This document shows, in pieces, positions 39,510 to 49,767 of a DNA stretch of 64,000 nt. The position numbers and the translations under genes are program-made. Origin of the DNA: Candidatus Poribacteria bacterium (GTDB taxonomy: Bacteria; Poribacteria; WGA-4E; WGA-3G); NCBI GenBank assembly GCA_963665235.2, contig CAXXLX010000001.1:3200001-3264000 (forward strand). The letters run 5' to 3'. The notes under the pieces are model-generated. The model saw only the letters and a list, made by a program, of their open reading frames with translations. It did not search any database and was not told the origin of the DNA. How positions within the stretch are numbered: position 1 is the first letter of the stretch; each line of letters opens with the position of its first letter.

Positions 39510-40907
39510 ATGCGCCGGTATAGCATTCAGACCAAAATTGTGCTCCCCTTTTTGCTTCTTTTCGCACTTGTGACCCTCGGTATACCGTTGATGACAGCGG
39601 AAATCTTCGCGTGGAAATATAACGAACAGTTCATACGCGAAACGCAAGAGTGGCTCAACATAATTCGCAAAACCGGGTTTATTCAAGATGCCGAAAAGGT
39701 CAAGCAGGCGTACAGCGTAGAGGTGATGGTATTCGGCTCAGATTACACACTCAATGCAACTACCCTTACCATTCCATCTCGTACCGGAGAAAATTGGCAA
39801 TCTCTCCCTGATAAAATGAAACTCCCGCAGGTAGCCGAACGGTTGAAGCAGGCGAATAAGACTCCTATCGTCCAAGATGTTACGCTCGGTGGCAAACCGT
39901 ATAAAGCCTTTTATCTCTTACTACCGCTCGGACGGCTCTACTGTTTATTGCGTCCCATGGATGACATCGCTGCAGCAAAGCGGACCCTCACGTGGTATAT
40001 GCTAGGCATCGCGCTGATTGTTAGCGGTTTAGTTGCCCTCATCAGTCATCTCATCGGGAAAAATTTAATAGGCCCAATAAAAACGTTAGTCCGTTTTACA
40101 ACGAAGGTCGCAGCGGGAAACCTTGACGAGCAGTGTGAAATTACAACACAAGATGAAATACGGGATTTGGCGGTGGCGTTTAATCAGATGACGCTGGACC
40201 TGAAACAGTCAAGGGATAAACTGATTCAAGCCGAACGGCTTGCAACAGCAGGAAAAATGTCAGCCTCGTTCGCTCACGAAATCCGTAACCCCCTATCGTC
40301 TATGCGGATGCTAGCACAGATGTTAATGCAAAAACCGGAAATGTCCACCGAACAACATCAGCAATCGCTACAGTATATCCTCGAGGAGATTGAACAGATT
40401 GATGGTATCGTCAAAGGCTTGATGGATTTTGCTCGGCCCGCAACGCTTAACCTTGTGCAGCAACCCCTTGACCGGACACTAAAAGCCGTTTTAGCCTTGA
40501 TGGAGGCAAACTTAGCACATCACAAAATTCAGCTAGTATTAGAACTGGCACCCGCCCCCTCTGAGATTCAGTTTGATTCTGATAAATTGAAACAAGCCGT
40601 TATGAATGTTGTGCTAAATGCAATGGAAGCGATGCCACAAGGCGGCACATTAACGCTGTCTACAGTCGAAGAAGGGGGGGAGATATGCATCAAAATTAAG
40701 GATACAGGTACCGGTATCCCCGACGCGGATATGGCACATCTGTTTGAACCGTTCTTTACTCGAAAAACGAAGGGAGTAGGGCTCGGGTTAGCAAACGTTA
40801 AACGTATTCTTGAAGAGCATGGTGGGGACGTGAAGATTGAAAGCACACTCGGTGAAGGCACTACGGTTTCAATGCAGTTGCCAATGAATACCCCCGGCCC
40901 CTCATAG
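39510..40907 (+). CDS. HAMP-domain sensor histidine kinase
   Basis: Two TMs, AHEIRNPL, NAMEAM, DTGTGI, FEPFF, GVGLGL. Confidence 0.93.
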   Translation: MRRYSIQTKIVLPFLLLFALVTLGIPLMTAEIFAWKYNEQFIRETQEWLNIIRKTGFIQDAEKVKQAYSVEVMVFGSDYTLNATTLTIPSRTGENWQSLPDKMKLPQVAERLKQANKTPIVQDVTLGGKPYKAFYLLLPLGRLYCLLRPMDDIAAAKRTLTWYMLGIALIVSGLVALISHLIGKNLIGPIKTLVRFTTKVAAGNLDEQCEITTQDEIRDLAVAFNQMTLDLKQSRDKLIQAERLATAGKMSASFAHEIRNPLSSMRMLAQMLMQKPEMSTEQHQQSLQYILEEIEQIDGIVKGLMDFARPATLNLVQQPLDRTLKAVLALMEANLAHHKIQLVLELAPAPSEIQFDSDKLKQAVMNVVLNAMEAMPQGGTLTLSTVEEGGEICIKIKDTGTGIPDADMAHLFEPFFTRKTKGVGLGLANVKRILEEHGGDVKIESTLGEGTTVSMQLPMNTPGPS

Positions 40908-41131
40908 ACGCGCTGACAGATTCGAAATATCAGCGAACCTATGAAACAGACTCTAACCATTCAATAGCTACCTGTTCACCCTGCTCGATTGCGATTTCGA
41001 CAGCGCGTTTGGCATGTTCCAAAAGGTCTTTTGTCTGATTGTGTCTGTTATGAGAAAAAAGGTAAATTACAACGTTTTTCTACGTCCCATTTTAATTTGC
41101 CATAGTGCAATTTTTCATGTTACAATTAGAA

Positions 41132-41397
41132 ACGTGAGTTTGAAAAAAGTTTTCCCCTAGTATGAGAAGCAGGCAACCGTTTGCCCGAATATTGGGCGAG
41201 AAGTTCGCTCCTTAGGGACGATATGTTTATAGGCCTCTGGGTTTCTGCCCGTCTCTTAGTCCCGTAGGGACGATATGTTTATAGAAGGTCCGTTTCCACC
41301 CCAACTTAGTCCCAGTATTCGGGCAAGCAGCCCGCTCTTTAAGGACGATATGTTTATAGAGGTTACGGCAAGCGGACATTTATTATCAAGCTCACGT
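41132..41397. mobile_element. ACGTGAG-TIR MITE carrying three REP units, 8-bp target duplication
   Basis: aattagaa|acgtgagtttga...tcaagctcacgt|aattagaa. Confidence 0.85.
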
Positions 41398-41423
41398 AAT
41401 TAGAAGTTGACATACTCCCCCAG

Positions 41424-42626
41424 CTAAAGCAAGGGGGATTCTTTTGAAAGTGAATCCCATGCTCTCTGGTGCGGATTGTGGGGTATAGACTTCGGGTGAA
41501 GTCTGCGAGGGCTGCTCGCAATAGCAAGACTGACATCCTCTAATCCAAAGGTTGATGCCCCAACCTTTAAAATATTTATGGCAGCGTTAACGTCCCGATG
41601 GTGTTTCTGCGCGCAAGTAGAACAACACCATTGACGAACAGACAAGTCCAGCTGCTGTTTTCGCTGTCCACAGTGGCTACAAGTCTTAGAAGTCGGTTCA
41701 AAACGGTCAATATAGTGAACCTCTTTACCGTGTTTGACCGCTTGATGTTGCAACTTTTGATGAAACGAGTAGGGCGCAATATCAGAAACTTGACGACCCC
41801 AGATGCGTTTCATCCCCTCAAAAGTCAACGTCTCAAAACAGAGGTCATCGTGTTCATGCACAAAACGCTTCGCGAGTTTCCAATGATGATCCTCACGTTG
41901 TCTCTTGATTTTACGGTGTTTGCGTGCCACATCTAAGCGGGAACGCTCACAGTTGTTGCTACCCTTTACTTTCTTAGCATGGGCACGTTGTGCCACAGAC
42001 AAATCCGCCATAGAGGTTTTATAGAACTCAGGAGACGCATATTCTGTGCCATCGGAACAGGTGAACATCGTTTTGATACCGAAATCATACCCTGCAGCAC
42101 TACCCGTCTTAGGTAGGATTTCAGATACGGTGTCATCTGTTACAACACACATATAGAAGTCACCAACGCTATCTGCTTTGATAGTGACTGTCTTAATATT
42201 ACCTACTATCTCGCGGCTTAGATTAAACCGATATTGTTTTTCCATTATACGGACCCTATCACCATAGAAACTATAGCCAGAGGGGGACATTGTGAATGAA
42301 TACGGTTTGCGCCATGAACGAAACTTAGGCGGACGCTTCGCAATACACTTAAAAAAACGCTGATACCCGGTGTCTAAACGCCGCAGTATATCACGCGCCG
42401 CCCAAGAGTCTAACTCACGCCAGTGCGAAAACACTTCAGGATGTGAGTTCCTAAGGACGGTAAAGGCACGCGACATCTCAGGAAGCGACATATACGCAAG
42501 ACCAAGAGAATAGCGCGTCCGCTGCCAACCTAAAAAATAGTTCCAAACATCATGGGCCACCCACGTTAAACGCTTGAGATTACGATTACGCGGGGCACGA
42601 AAAAGTTTGTATTTTGTGGTATACAT
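41424..42626 (-). CDS. tnpB: TnpB RNA-guided endonuclease
   Basis: RuvC D (GYDFG), E (FETL), D (RDVNAAINI); CSHC/CSTC Zn ribbon. Confidence 0.93.
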   Translation of the reverse strand: MYTTKYKLFRAPRNRNLKRLTWVAHDVWNYFLGWQRTRYSLGLAYMSLPEMSRAFTVLRNSHPEVFSHWRELDSWAARDILRRLDTGYQRFFKCIAKRPPKFRSWRKPYSFTMSPSGYSFYGDRVRIMEKQYRFNLSREIVGNIKTVTIKADSVGDFYMCVVTDDTVSEILPKTGSAAGYDFGIKTMFTCSDGTEYASPEFYKTSMADLSVAQRAHAKKVKGSNNCERSRLDVARKHRKIKRQREDHHWKLAKRFVHEHDDLCFETLTFEGMKRIWGRQVSDIAPYSFHQKLQHQAVKHGKEVHYIDRFEPTSKTCSHCGQRKQQLDLSVRQWCCSTCAQKHHRDVNAAINILKVGASTFGLEDVSLAIASSPRRLHPKSIPHNPHQRAWDSLSKESPLL

Positions 42627-42713
42627 CTAAGGGTATCCTGCCTTGAAAAGTTGCTACCTGCCTCTAAAAAGGGGCGGAGAAGTCTATAGATTCTCCGCTA
42701 AGGCATTAAATAG

Positions 42714-42742
42714 AGTATACCCCATTTTTCAGGAAAAGTCAA
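42714..42742 (-). promoter_or_regulatory. tnpB promoter
   Basis: TTGACT-17nt-TATACT; same layout at 54182-54210 (+). Confidence 0.7.
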
Positions 42743-42993
42743 ATTAAAATTTCAACTCATGCGCCGCTACTACATCCCCCAGCTAAAGCATGGGGGTTTT
42801 GTAGCGGAAGATTTGATAAACAAAACCGATATTAAAATTTGAGATTATCAATTTAAAAATTTGCTATGCACTTGAACTATCCCGGAGACGAGGTGAGTCG
42901 TATTCTCACGAATTTCAGGTTCAATAATAAACAGCCATTCGTTGGGGTATTTTTTAGACATTTTGAAATTCACTGCTCAGAGCAGGTCTGTCG

Positions 42994-43428
42994 CTAGAGC
43001 TCAACAACGATGTACTGCTGTTCAACTGTAACCGGAAACGTATCTGCAACATAGGGCCCCTTTCCTGGTCCGGCATCGAACGTATCAATATCCTTCCCGC
43101 TTGCCACGTGTACGTCGTACTGACGCACCCGTTTCTGTGTAGGGTTCCACCAGGATTGCCCAGTTTTGATATCAAATTCCCAGCCGTGCCAGGGACATCG
43201 AAGAATTTCACCTCTGCGTGTATAGGTATAGGTGCCTGGAGCTGGTGACTCTAGCAACCCGGTGATAAGTCCTTTACATAGCGGGCCGCCTTGGTGTGGA
43301 CAACTGTTGCGTATCGCGAAAAATTCACCCTTGATATTAAAAATGCCGATGGAACGTCCGCCAATGTCGACAACTTTACGTTCACCGGGGGGAATTTCAT
43401 CTACAGTTGCAACCACGTATTTAGCCAT
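42994..43428 (-). CDS. Rieske 2Fe-2S ferredoxin
   Basis: CPHQG and CPWHGW; start trimmed to ATG 43428. Confidence 0.9.
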   Translation of the reverse strand: MAKYVVATVDEIPPGERKVVDIGGRSIGIFNIKGEFFAIRNSCPHQGGPLCKGLITGLLESPAPGTYTYTRRGEILRCPWHGWEFDIKTGQSWWNPTQKRVRQYDVHVASGKDIDTFDAGPGKGPYVADTFPVTVEQQYIVVEL

Positions 43429-43493
43429 ATCTCTCTTTTTTGGGAGGAAGTGTGTCCGATTACGTCCGCTTTCTATAAAACTGATGGGAACGA

Positions 43494-43566
43494 TGGGGTG
43501 TACTGGATTTGAACCAGTGACTTCTACCGTGTGAAGGTAGCGCTCGTACCCCTGAGCTAACACCCC
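43494..43566 (-). tRNA. tRNA-Val(CAC)
   Basis: GGGGTGT acceptor, CTACC-TTCACAC-GGTAG anticodon arm, GGTTCAAATCC T-arm; CCA not encoded. Confidence 0.93.
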
Positions 43567-43577
43567 GTCGTGAAAGA

Positions 43578-43650
43578 TGGGCCCACTAGGACTCGAACCT
43601 AGGACCAGCCGGTTATGAGCCGGCGGCTCTGACCACTGAGCTATGGGCCC
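43578..43650 (-). tRNA. tRNA with CAT anticodon, probably Ile2 (or elongator Met)
   Basis: GGGCCCA acceptor, GCCGG-CTCATAA-CCGGC arm; G1-C72 paired so not initiator. Confidence 0.85.
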
Positions 43651-43701
43651 GTGTGCTTTTAATTAATTATACCCTATTTTTGATTAAAAATCAAGATTTT
43701 T

Positions 43702-45294
43702 TCAATCGACGAAACCGCGTAGGCGATGACTGCGAACTGGGTGTCGAAGTTTTCGGAGGGCTTTCGCCTCAATTTGACGAATCCGTTCCCGGGTGACATC
43801 AAAGACAACCCCGACTTCTTCAAGGGTTTTCGGGTATCCTGTCGTAATACAAAGCGCAGCGATTCGTTGCCGCGTCGTTTCAGACAGCAACGGCCGCTTG
43901 GAGTCGTCTTCAATTCCGAATCGCAGAATAATGACCTCGCGTTCCCGTTCAGATAGGTCGGCGAGAACATCTTGGATGCGCTCCTTGAGAATCGTTAGCT
44001 CCGCCTCCGTTGTTGGCGATGGTACAGTAGTATCTTCAATGAAATCGCCTAATTCGCTGTCGTCGTCATCGTCTCCAATGGGGGTTTCCAAAGAGACTGT
44101 CTCTGGCACGATACTCAAAACTTCTCTGACTTTATCAGCAGAGATTTTCATATCCTCCCCGATTTCTTCAGGGGTCGGCCGCCGCCCTAATTCCTGAAGC
44201 AGAGAACGCTCCACGCGCTTGAGCTTATTTACTCTTTCATGCATGTGCACAGGAATACGGATTGTACGCCCCTGGTCGGCTATGGCGCGCGTAATACCCT
44301 GACGAATCCACCAGGTGGCGTAAGTACTGAACTTAAAACCGCGCTGATAATCGAATTTATCGACAGCTCTCATCAGTCCAATGCTGCCCTCCTGAATCAG
44401 ATCGAGGAATTCAAGCCCAGGTGCTTGGTGCTTGTACTTTTTTGCAATGTTGACCACTAAACGAAGGTTTGCCTCGACGATGGCATTTTTGGCACCTTGG
44501 GCACTGGCTTCCCCACTGCTGATTTGGTCGGCAAGCTCCTGAAGCGTCTCTTTCGAAATGCCGACAGCGTTAATCCGTTGTTGGATTTCGCGCTGATACC
44601 GAACGATAGATATATACGCCTGCTTCGCAGCAACTGTCTCGAGCTTGTGCTTCCGGGTATCAAGCCGGCCGGTGCGCCAGACATCCGGAATATCATGTGT
44701 TTTCTGGAGTTCAGCGATTTTTGCTTCGCGCTCCCGGATATCCAGAGCCACCTCTTTGACCCGGCCCGAAATTTTACTAATCTCTTCAGGGTCAATCTTC
44801 AGCTGTTGTAGGAGTTTGACGAAATCGGCGCAACTCCCGACCGATTCAGGGTGCCCGTCATCCTTTGCAGCGGTGACGTATTTCAATTCTAAATTTTCGA
44901 GCCGCTGCATTGACTTCTTCACCTTTTCGCGAAGTTTCTTTTCTTTGTTCCGGGTGGAAGTGCTGGAAACAGCCATATCGATAATATCAGAGGCACGCTT
45001 TTTAGCTGTGATAATTTTGTAAAGAAGCTTCCGCACTTCCGCGACAGCAAAGCGTGCTCCAAAGGTCGCCACTTGTGCCTCATGTAACCCTACCTCGATC
45101 TGCTGCGATAATTTGACCTCCTCTTTTTTATCAAGTAACGGAATTTTCCCAATATCGCGCAGATAAACCCTAATCAGGTCTTCGCGTTCATTCACTTCTC
45201 CTGGAGAAAATTCGGGCATCTTGTCAGCATGTTCGAGGTCATCCGAACTATTATCTTCAGACAAATCAAGTGGAAACGTATTTCTGAAATTCAT
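43702..45294 (-). CDS. rpoD: Primary sigma factor RpoD
   Basis: [42 protein letters not shown]; follows dnaG. Confidence 0.95.
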   Translation of the reverse strand: MNFRNTFPLDLSEDNSSDDLEHADKMPEFSPGEVNEREDLIRVYLRDIGKIPLLDKKEEVKLSQQIEVGLHEAQVATFGARFAVAEVRKLLYKIITAKKRASDIIDMAVSSTSTRNKEKKLREKVKKSMQRLENLELKYVTAAKDDGHPESVGSCADFVKLLQQLKIDPEEISKISGRVKEVALDIREREAKIAELQKTHDIPDVWRTGRLDTRKHKLETVAAKQAYISIVRYQREIQQRINAVGISKETLQELADQISSGEASAQGAKNAIVEANLRLVVNIAKKYKHQAPGLEFLDLIQEGSIGLMRAVDKFDYQRGFKFSTYATWWIRQGITRAIADQGRTIRIPVHMHERVNKLKRVERSLLQELGRRPTPEEIGEDMKISADKVREVLSIVPETVSLETPIGDDDDDSELGDFIEDTTVPSPTTEAELTILKERIQDVLADLSEREREVIILRFGIEDDSKRPLLSETTRQRIAALCITTGYPKTLEEVGVVFDVTRERIRQIEAKALRKLRHPVRSHRLRGFVD

Positions 45295-45395
45295 GCGTCA
45301 ACCTCCTTTTCGAGTATAGTGTCCTGTCCATCCTAAAATTGCGGAGAAGCTATTAACTGAAATTAGACAGCCCCGGCGTGTGCAGTACATATCGC

Positions 45396-47237
45396 TCATT
45401 CCGTCACGAGTTCCGAACCCGTTTTATGGAGCGGCTGAGCACCCAAAGTACGTCTTTGATTAGAGAGTTCCACGAGTGTTCTAAGTGTCTCAATCTCATC
45501 ATTCCCTTCCGCAATGGCATTTGATCGGACCCGTTTTTCAATATCTTGTAGTAGAAAGCCCCTTAGTTTTTTGAGGCAGCCCTGTATCCTCAAAGATAGG
45601 TTGGGAATCTGTTTATTGCTCAGGAGGGCATTTGAAATCATTCCTTTGAGATTTTCATCCGCGCACGTATTAAGAACGTTTTGGATATCAACAATTTCTT
45701 CCTGCTCACTCGCTTCCCAGAGCAATTGTGCAATTTTTGCAAAATGCGGTTCTGTTAAATCTTGATAACGAAATTGTGTTTTGATGTCAGAGATAAGATG
45801 CGGAGCCTGAATTAAAGCCTGGACGAGCTGTGCCTCAATTTGCCCACGTGGGGACAACTTTTTTTCCACGGGCGCACGTCTCGATACCCGATAGGCAGAA
45901 GGAATTTCCTTTAACCCTGATGCACGCAATTCCCGCCAAATCAACTCCTCTGCCACATCCAGCTCCCTGACAGTGTACTTAACGTATTCAGCGCGTTCCA
46001 CCCGATTTTTAATATTAACGAGTGTCTCACTAATTTCTTTGATGACTTCCGTTTTGACACCAGGATGCCGAATATTGCGTTGTTGAATTGCCGATTGAAT
46101 TTGGAATTCAATCAGGTTTATCGATTTGCTGACCAATTCATTGAACGCTTCAGACCCGTGTGCCTTCACGAACGAATCCGGGTCATCACCTGGCGGCATT
46201 AACGCAACGCGTACGCGAAGATTCTCCTCAAGGAGCTTGTGCAACCCCCGATGCGCAGCTTGTAAACCCGAGGCATCCCCATCGTAAACAAGGATTACCT
46301 CAGGCGTGAAACGTTTTAGCAACGCCGCATGTCCACCGCTTAACGCTGTCCCTGACGCAGCGATTACGTTTTCAATACCGTGTTGATAGAGCATCAAGGC
46401 ATCCATGTACCCTTCTACGAGAAGGGCAGAGCGAGTTTTGGAAATAGATTGCCGCGCTTTGTCAAGATTGTAGAGAATATTACTTTTATTATATAGGACC
46501 GTTGCTGGAGAATTCAAGTACTTCGGCTGATGTCCTTCGGAGATTGCCCTACCCCCAAACCCGACAGGTACACCGCGCTCATTGCAAATCGGAAAAAGGA
46601 GTCTATTCCAAAACCGGTCTTGCGGTCCCTCGGATTCGTCCTTAATCAACCCGGCATCAACCAATTGCTTAATTGACCACCCTTCATGGGTCGCTGCTTT
46701 GACGAGGTCGCGGCGTTCAGGCTTCGCGTACCCGAGTTGAAAGAGGCGGAACGTTTGTGGTTGAACCCCCCGGTTTTTGAGATACGCCCGGGCATGCTGC
46801 CCAGACTGTCCGGTGCGAAGTTGCTCGTGGTAATATTTCACAGCAAACCTGTTAAGTTCGCTGAGGTCATTGAATCGCCTTTGCCGCATGGTGGCTTGAG
46901 CATCCCGGGTTGGCAGCGGAATATTCGCCCGGTCCGCAAGCCATTCCAACGCCTCTATGAAGGTTTTCGCTTCATGCTTCTGCAGAAAATTGATGACATT
47001 TCCACCTGTTTGACACCCAAAACAGTGGAATATCTGCTTCTGGGGTGCCACCGTAAACGAAGGCGTTTTTTCATCGTGAAACGGACAAAGTGCTTTATAC
47101 TCCGCACCGGCGGGCCGCAACGGAATACCGCACTCCGATATCACTTCAACGATATCATTCCCAACCCGAATCTGCTCAACAGTTTCAGGCGGAATATACT
47201 GTTTTTTTGCGGAAACATTCGCGTTGTGCATCGCCAT
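45396..47237 (-). CDS. dnaG: DNA primase
   Basis: CPFHDEKTPSF, HCFGC, KYLNSP, VEGYMD, YDGDASG, DPD. Confidence 0.96.
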   Translation of the reverse strand: MAMHNANVSAKKQYIPPETVEQIRVGNDIVEVISECGIPLRPAGAEYKALCPFHDEKTPSFTVAPQKQIFHCFGCQTGGNVINFLQKHEAKTFIEALEWLADRANIPLPTRDAQATMRQRRFNDLSELNRFAVKYYHEQLRTGQSGQHARAYLKNRGVQPQTFRLFQLGYAKPERRDLVKAATHEGWSIKQLVDAGLIKDESEGPQDRFWNRLLFPICNERGVPVGFGGRAISEGHQPKYLNSPATVLYNKSNILYNLDKARQSISKTRSALLVEGYMDALMLYQHGIENVIAASGTALSGGHAALLKRFTPEVILVYDGDASGLQAAHRGLHKLLEENLRVRVALMPPGDDPDSFVKAHGSEAFNELVSKSINLIEFQIQSAIQQRNIRHPGVKTEVIKEISETLVNIKNRVERAEYVKYTVRELDVAEELIWRELRASGLKEIPSAYRVSRRAPVEKKLSPRGQIEAQLVQALIQAPHLISDIKTQFRYQDLTEPHFAKIAQLLWEASEQEEIVDIQNVLNTCADENLKGMISNALLSNKQIPNLSLRIQGCLKKLRGFLLQDIEKRVRSNAIAEGNDEIETLRTLVELSNQRRTLGAQPLHKTGSELVTE

Positions 47238-47320
47238 GGAAGCCTCTTAAATCAACAGGGTTGGGTCAGCAATGAGATGGACAGACGCATTGCCAACCGT
47301 TCACCTATATCGGTAATCTG

Positions 47321-49762
47321 TTAATCTTTGAACGTAATGACTGTTACTCCCTCCCCACCTTGGTCATGGGGAGCATATTGATATTTAGCTATATGCGGGT
47401 TGTCCTTTAGTGCGTCATGAACCGCACTCCGTAAGGTGCCCGTGCCTTTTCCATGAAGAATCCGGGCGGTTGGTAATCCAGCAAGGTAGGCATCATCTAC
47501 ATATTTATCGGTAATATCTAGGGCCTCACTTACCAGCATGCCTCGAATAGAGAGTTCATCTTTAACGGTGTTCGCTTTGCTGTACTGAATATCCAAAACA
47601 GAGGTTGAAAGTGCCTCGGTCTCTTTTTTCGGCAGAACGGTATCAATATCGTCATAGCTGACCTGTGTCTGCATGTTGCCAACCCGAATCTTCAACGGAG
47701 TTTTGCTCCGTTCGGCAATAGCGGTGACCTCGCCGAATCGGTTCAGTTGTATGATACGGACCTTATCGCCGATATCGACTTTCGGTTTAGGTTTTTTCGT
47801 GTGTTTTTTCGGAGCGGGAGGTTTGTGCTGTTTTTTAGCGGTATCAATTTTTGAGAAGGCATCACGAATGCTAGCTTTGGAGGCTTGTTCCCTGCGGATG
47901 TCTGCCACGATGCTATCTACCGTGCGTCGAGCATTCGAAACGATTTCAAGCGCGTCATTTTCTGCCTTTTGCCGGCGCGCATGCTCCTCCGCTTCAAAGG
48001 TTTGGATCAGGGCTCTATGTTTCTCATATTCTGCCTCAGCAGCACAAATCTTAATGTGAAGTTGCTGCCGCTCTCGCTCCAAGCCGTGTTGTGTCTTTTG
48101 TAACTGAATCAGCAAATCCTCTACAGCAATACTACTATTGCCAAGGTGGGTTTGTGCCTCCGTGAGAATGCGAGGCGGAATACCCAATTGTTCAGCGATT
48201 TTGATAGCATTACTACTCCCAGGAACGCCTATCTGTAACCGATATGTCGGACGTAATGTACTCCAGTTAAACTCCATTGAAGCGTTTTCCATATTTTTCT
48301 GGGTGTGCGCGTAAGCCTTCAGCGCACCGTAATGCGTCGTGACAATCGTATTAACCTGTCGTTCCGCGAGCCACGCTAAAATTGCCATGCCGAGAGCTGT
48401 TCCCTCAGCAGGGTCAGTGCCAGCCCCAAGCTCATCCAGGAGCACTAATGAATATGTCTCCGTCGCGTCTTCAACTGCCTTCAGCATCTTAGCGATTTTC
48501 GTGATATGTGAAGAGAAGGTGCTGAGACTCTGCTCTATATTTTGGTCATCGCCGATATCAGCGAAAATCTGATGAAAAATAGGGAGCTGACTCCCAGATG
48601 CTGCCGGAATATGCAAACCAGATTGTGCCATCAGACATAACAGGCCTACGGTTTTGAGGACAACAGTTTTACCCCCGGTATTTGGACCTGTAATAACAAG
48701 CGTCCTAAACGATTTGCCGATACGAACGTCAGTAGGAACAACCCGCTTTGGCAGCTGTTGAGGCGGTATTTCCTCAAGATTCTCGGTGTCCGCCTTCTTG
48801 GGTTGTCTATTGGCGCGCGTTTGGAATTCCAGCAGAGGGTGCCGCGCAGCAATAAGCTTGATAACGCCAGTCGTATTCAGGACCGGCTCAACGCTATTTA
48901 ACGCTAAGCTAAAACGTGCCTTTGCATTCAGAAAATCGAGCTCCGCGAGCAGGTCAAGCGCGTCCACAAATTCGGGGAGACGTTCGCGGACCCGGTCTGT
49001 CAAATCTAGAAGAATCCGCCGTACTTCACGGTTCTCCGCTTCAGTAGTCTCATGCAGTGCGTTGTTCATTTCAACGACACTCAGCGGCTCCACAAAATAG
49101 GTCGCCCCACTTGTAGATTGCCCCTGAACGACCCCGCCGAAAAATGATTTCGCGTCCTGTCTAATCGGTATCACATAACGGTTATTGCGGGAAGTGATAA
49201 CCGGTTCTTGAATCGCTTTTTGGTGTTCCGGTGCTCGGAGAATAGTCTCTAGCTTCTGATGGATATTTTGACGGATACTGCCCAGCTGGCGGCGGATGAC
49301 ACGCAACTCCGGACTTGCCCGGTCAAGGAGTAAACCTTCAGAGCTAATGCAGTAGGAAATTGCTTCAACGAGTTCTTCAAAAAGAGGGACTGCCGTTACA
49401 ATAGAGAGCAGTCTCGGGTAATCCTCCCGCTTCTGACCTGTGAACCGCTTTCTGATAGTGGAACAGAGCCGGCCTATCTTAACAATTTCCATAAATTCCT
49501 CAGGAGCTAAAATGGAACCGGTTTTTGCTGCATGGCGAAGGAGATGGGCGATATCCGTTAAGCCGCCTAACGGAATCTCACCGGAACGCTGCAAGAAAGT
49601 TTTCGCTTCAGAACACAATTTCAAAAGATTAAACACCGTGTCTTTTGTACTAGAGGGAGCGAGTTTGTCCACCCGTGCAGCTCCTAACTCAGAAGCGGTG
49701 TATCTTTTCAAAAGTGTTTTGAGTTTATCGTATTCTAAGGATTTTTCTACGCGAAACCCCAT
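47321..49762 (-). CDS. mutS2: MutS2
   Basis: ITGPNTGGKT, QSLSTFS, LLDELGAGTDP, C-terminal Smr HGKGTG; ATG 49762. Confidence 0.95.
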   Translation of the reverse strand: MGFRVEKSLEYDKLKTLLKRYTASELGAARVDKLAPSSTKDTVFNLLKLCSEAKTFLQRSGEIPLGGLTDIAHLLRHAAKTGSILAPEEFMEIVKIGRLCSTIRKRFTGQKREDYPRLLSIVTAVPLFEELVEAISYCISSEGLLLDRASPELRVIRRQLGSIRQNIHQKLETILRAPEHQKAIQEPVITSRNNRYVIPIRQDAKSFFGGVVQGQSTSGATYFVEPLSVVEMNNALHETTEAENREVRRILLDLTDRVRERLPEFVDALDLLAELDFLNAKARFSLALNSVEPVLNTTGVIKLIAARHPLLEFQTRANRQPKKADTENLEEIPPQQLPKRVVPTDVRIGKSFRTLVITGPNTGGKTVVLKTVGLLCLMAQSGLHIPAASGSQLPIFHQIFADIGDDQNIEQSLSTFSSHITKIAKMLKAVEDATETYSLVLLDELGAGTDPAEGTALGMAILAWLAERQVNTIVTTHYGALKAYAHTQKNMENASMEFNWSTLRPTYRLQIGVPGSSNAIKIAEQLGIPPRILTEAQTHLGNSSIAVEDLLIQLQKTQHGLERERQQLHIKICAAEAEYEKHRALIQTFEAEEHARRQKAENDALEIVSNARRTVDSIVADIRREQASKASIRDAFSKIDTAKKQHKPPAPKKHTKKPKPKVDIGDKVRIIQLNRFGEVTAIAERSKTPLKIRVGNMQTQVSYDDIDTVLPKKETEALSTSVLDIQYSKANTVKDELSIRGMLVSEALDITDKYVDDAYLAGLPTARILHGKGTGTLRSAVHDALKDNPHIAKYQYAPHDQGGEGVTVITFKD

Positions 49763-49767
49763 GGATT

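Larger units (their letters stand above)
41407..42815 (-). mobile_element. tnpB-only IS200/IS605 (IS1341-type) element
   Basis: Subterminal hairpins ccccagctaaagcaagggg and cccccagctaaagcatggggg; right end ...gtatgTCAA; left end follows TTTAT. Confidence 0.8.

Noticed and set aside
41424-42626. Cas12f/type V effector
   Set aside because: Flanked by IS200/IS605 end hairpins; adjacent repeats are MITE-borne REPs, not an array
42820-43494. Integrated element at tRNA 3' ends
   Set aside because: No integrase and no duplicated tRNA 3' fragment seen for Val, Ile2 or Gly
43429-43563. N-terminal extension of the Rieske ORF
   Set aside because: Overlaps tRNA-Val; the real start is ATG 43428
43578-43650. 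Initiator tRNA-fMet
   Set aside because: G1-C72 is paired and the anticodon stem lacks three consecutive G-C pairs
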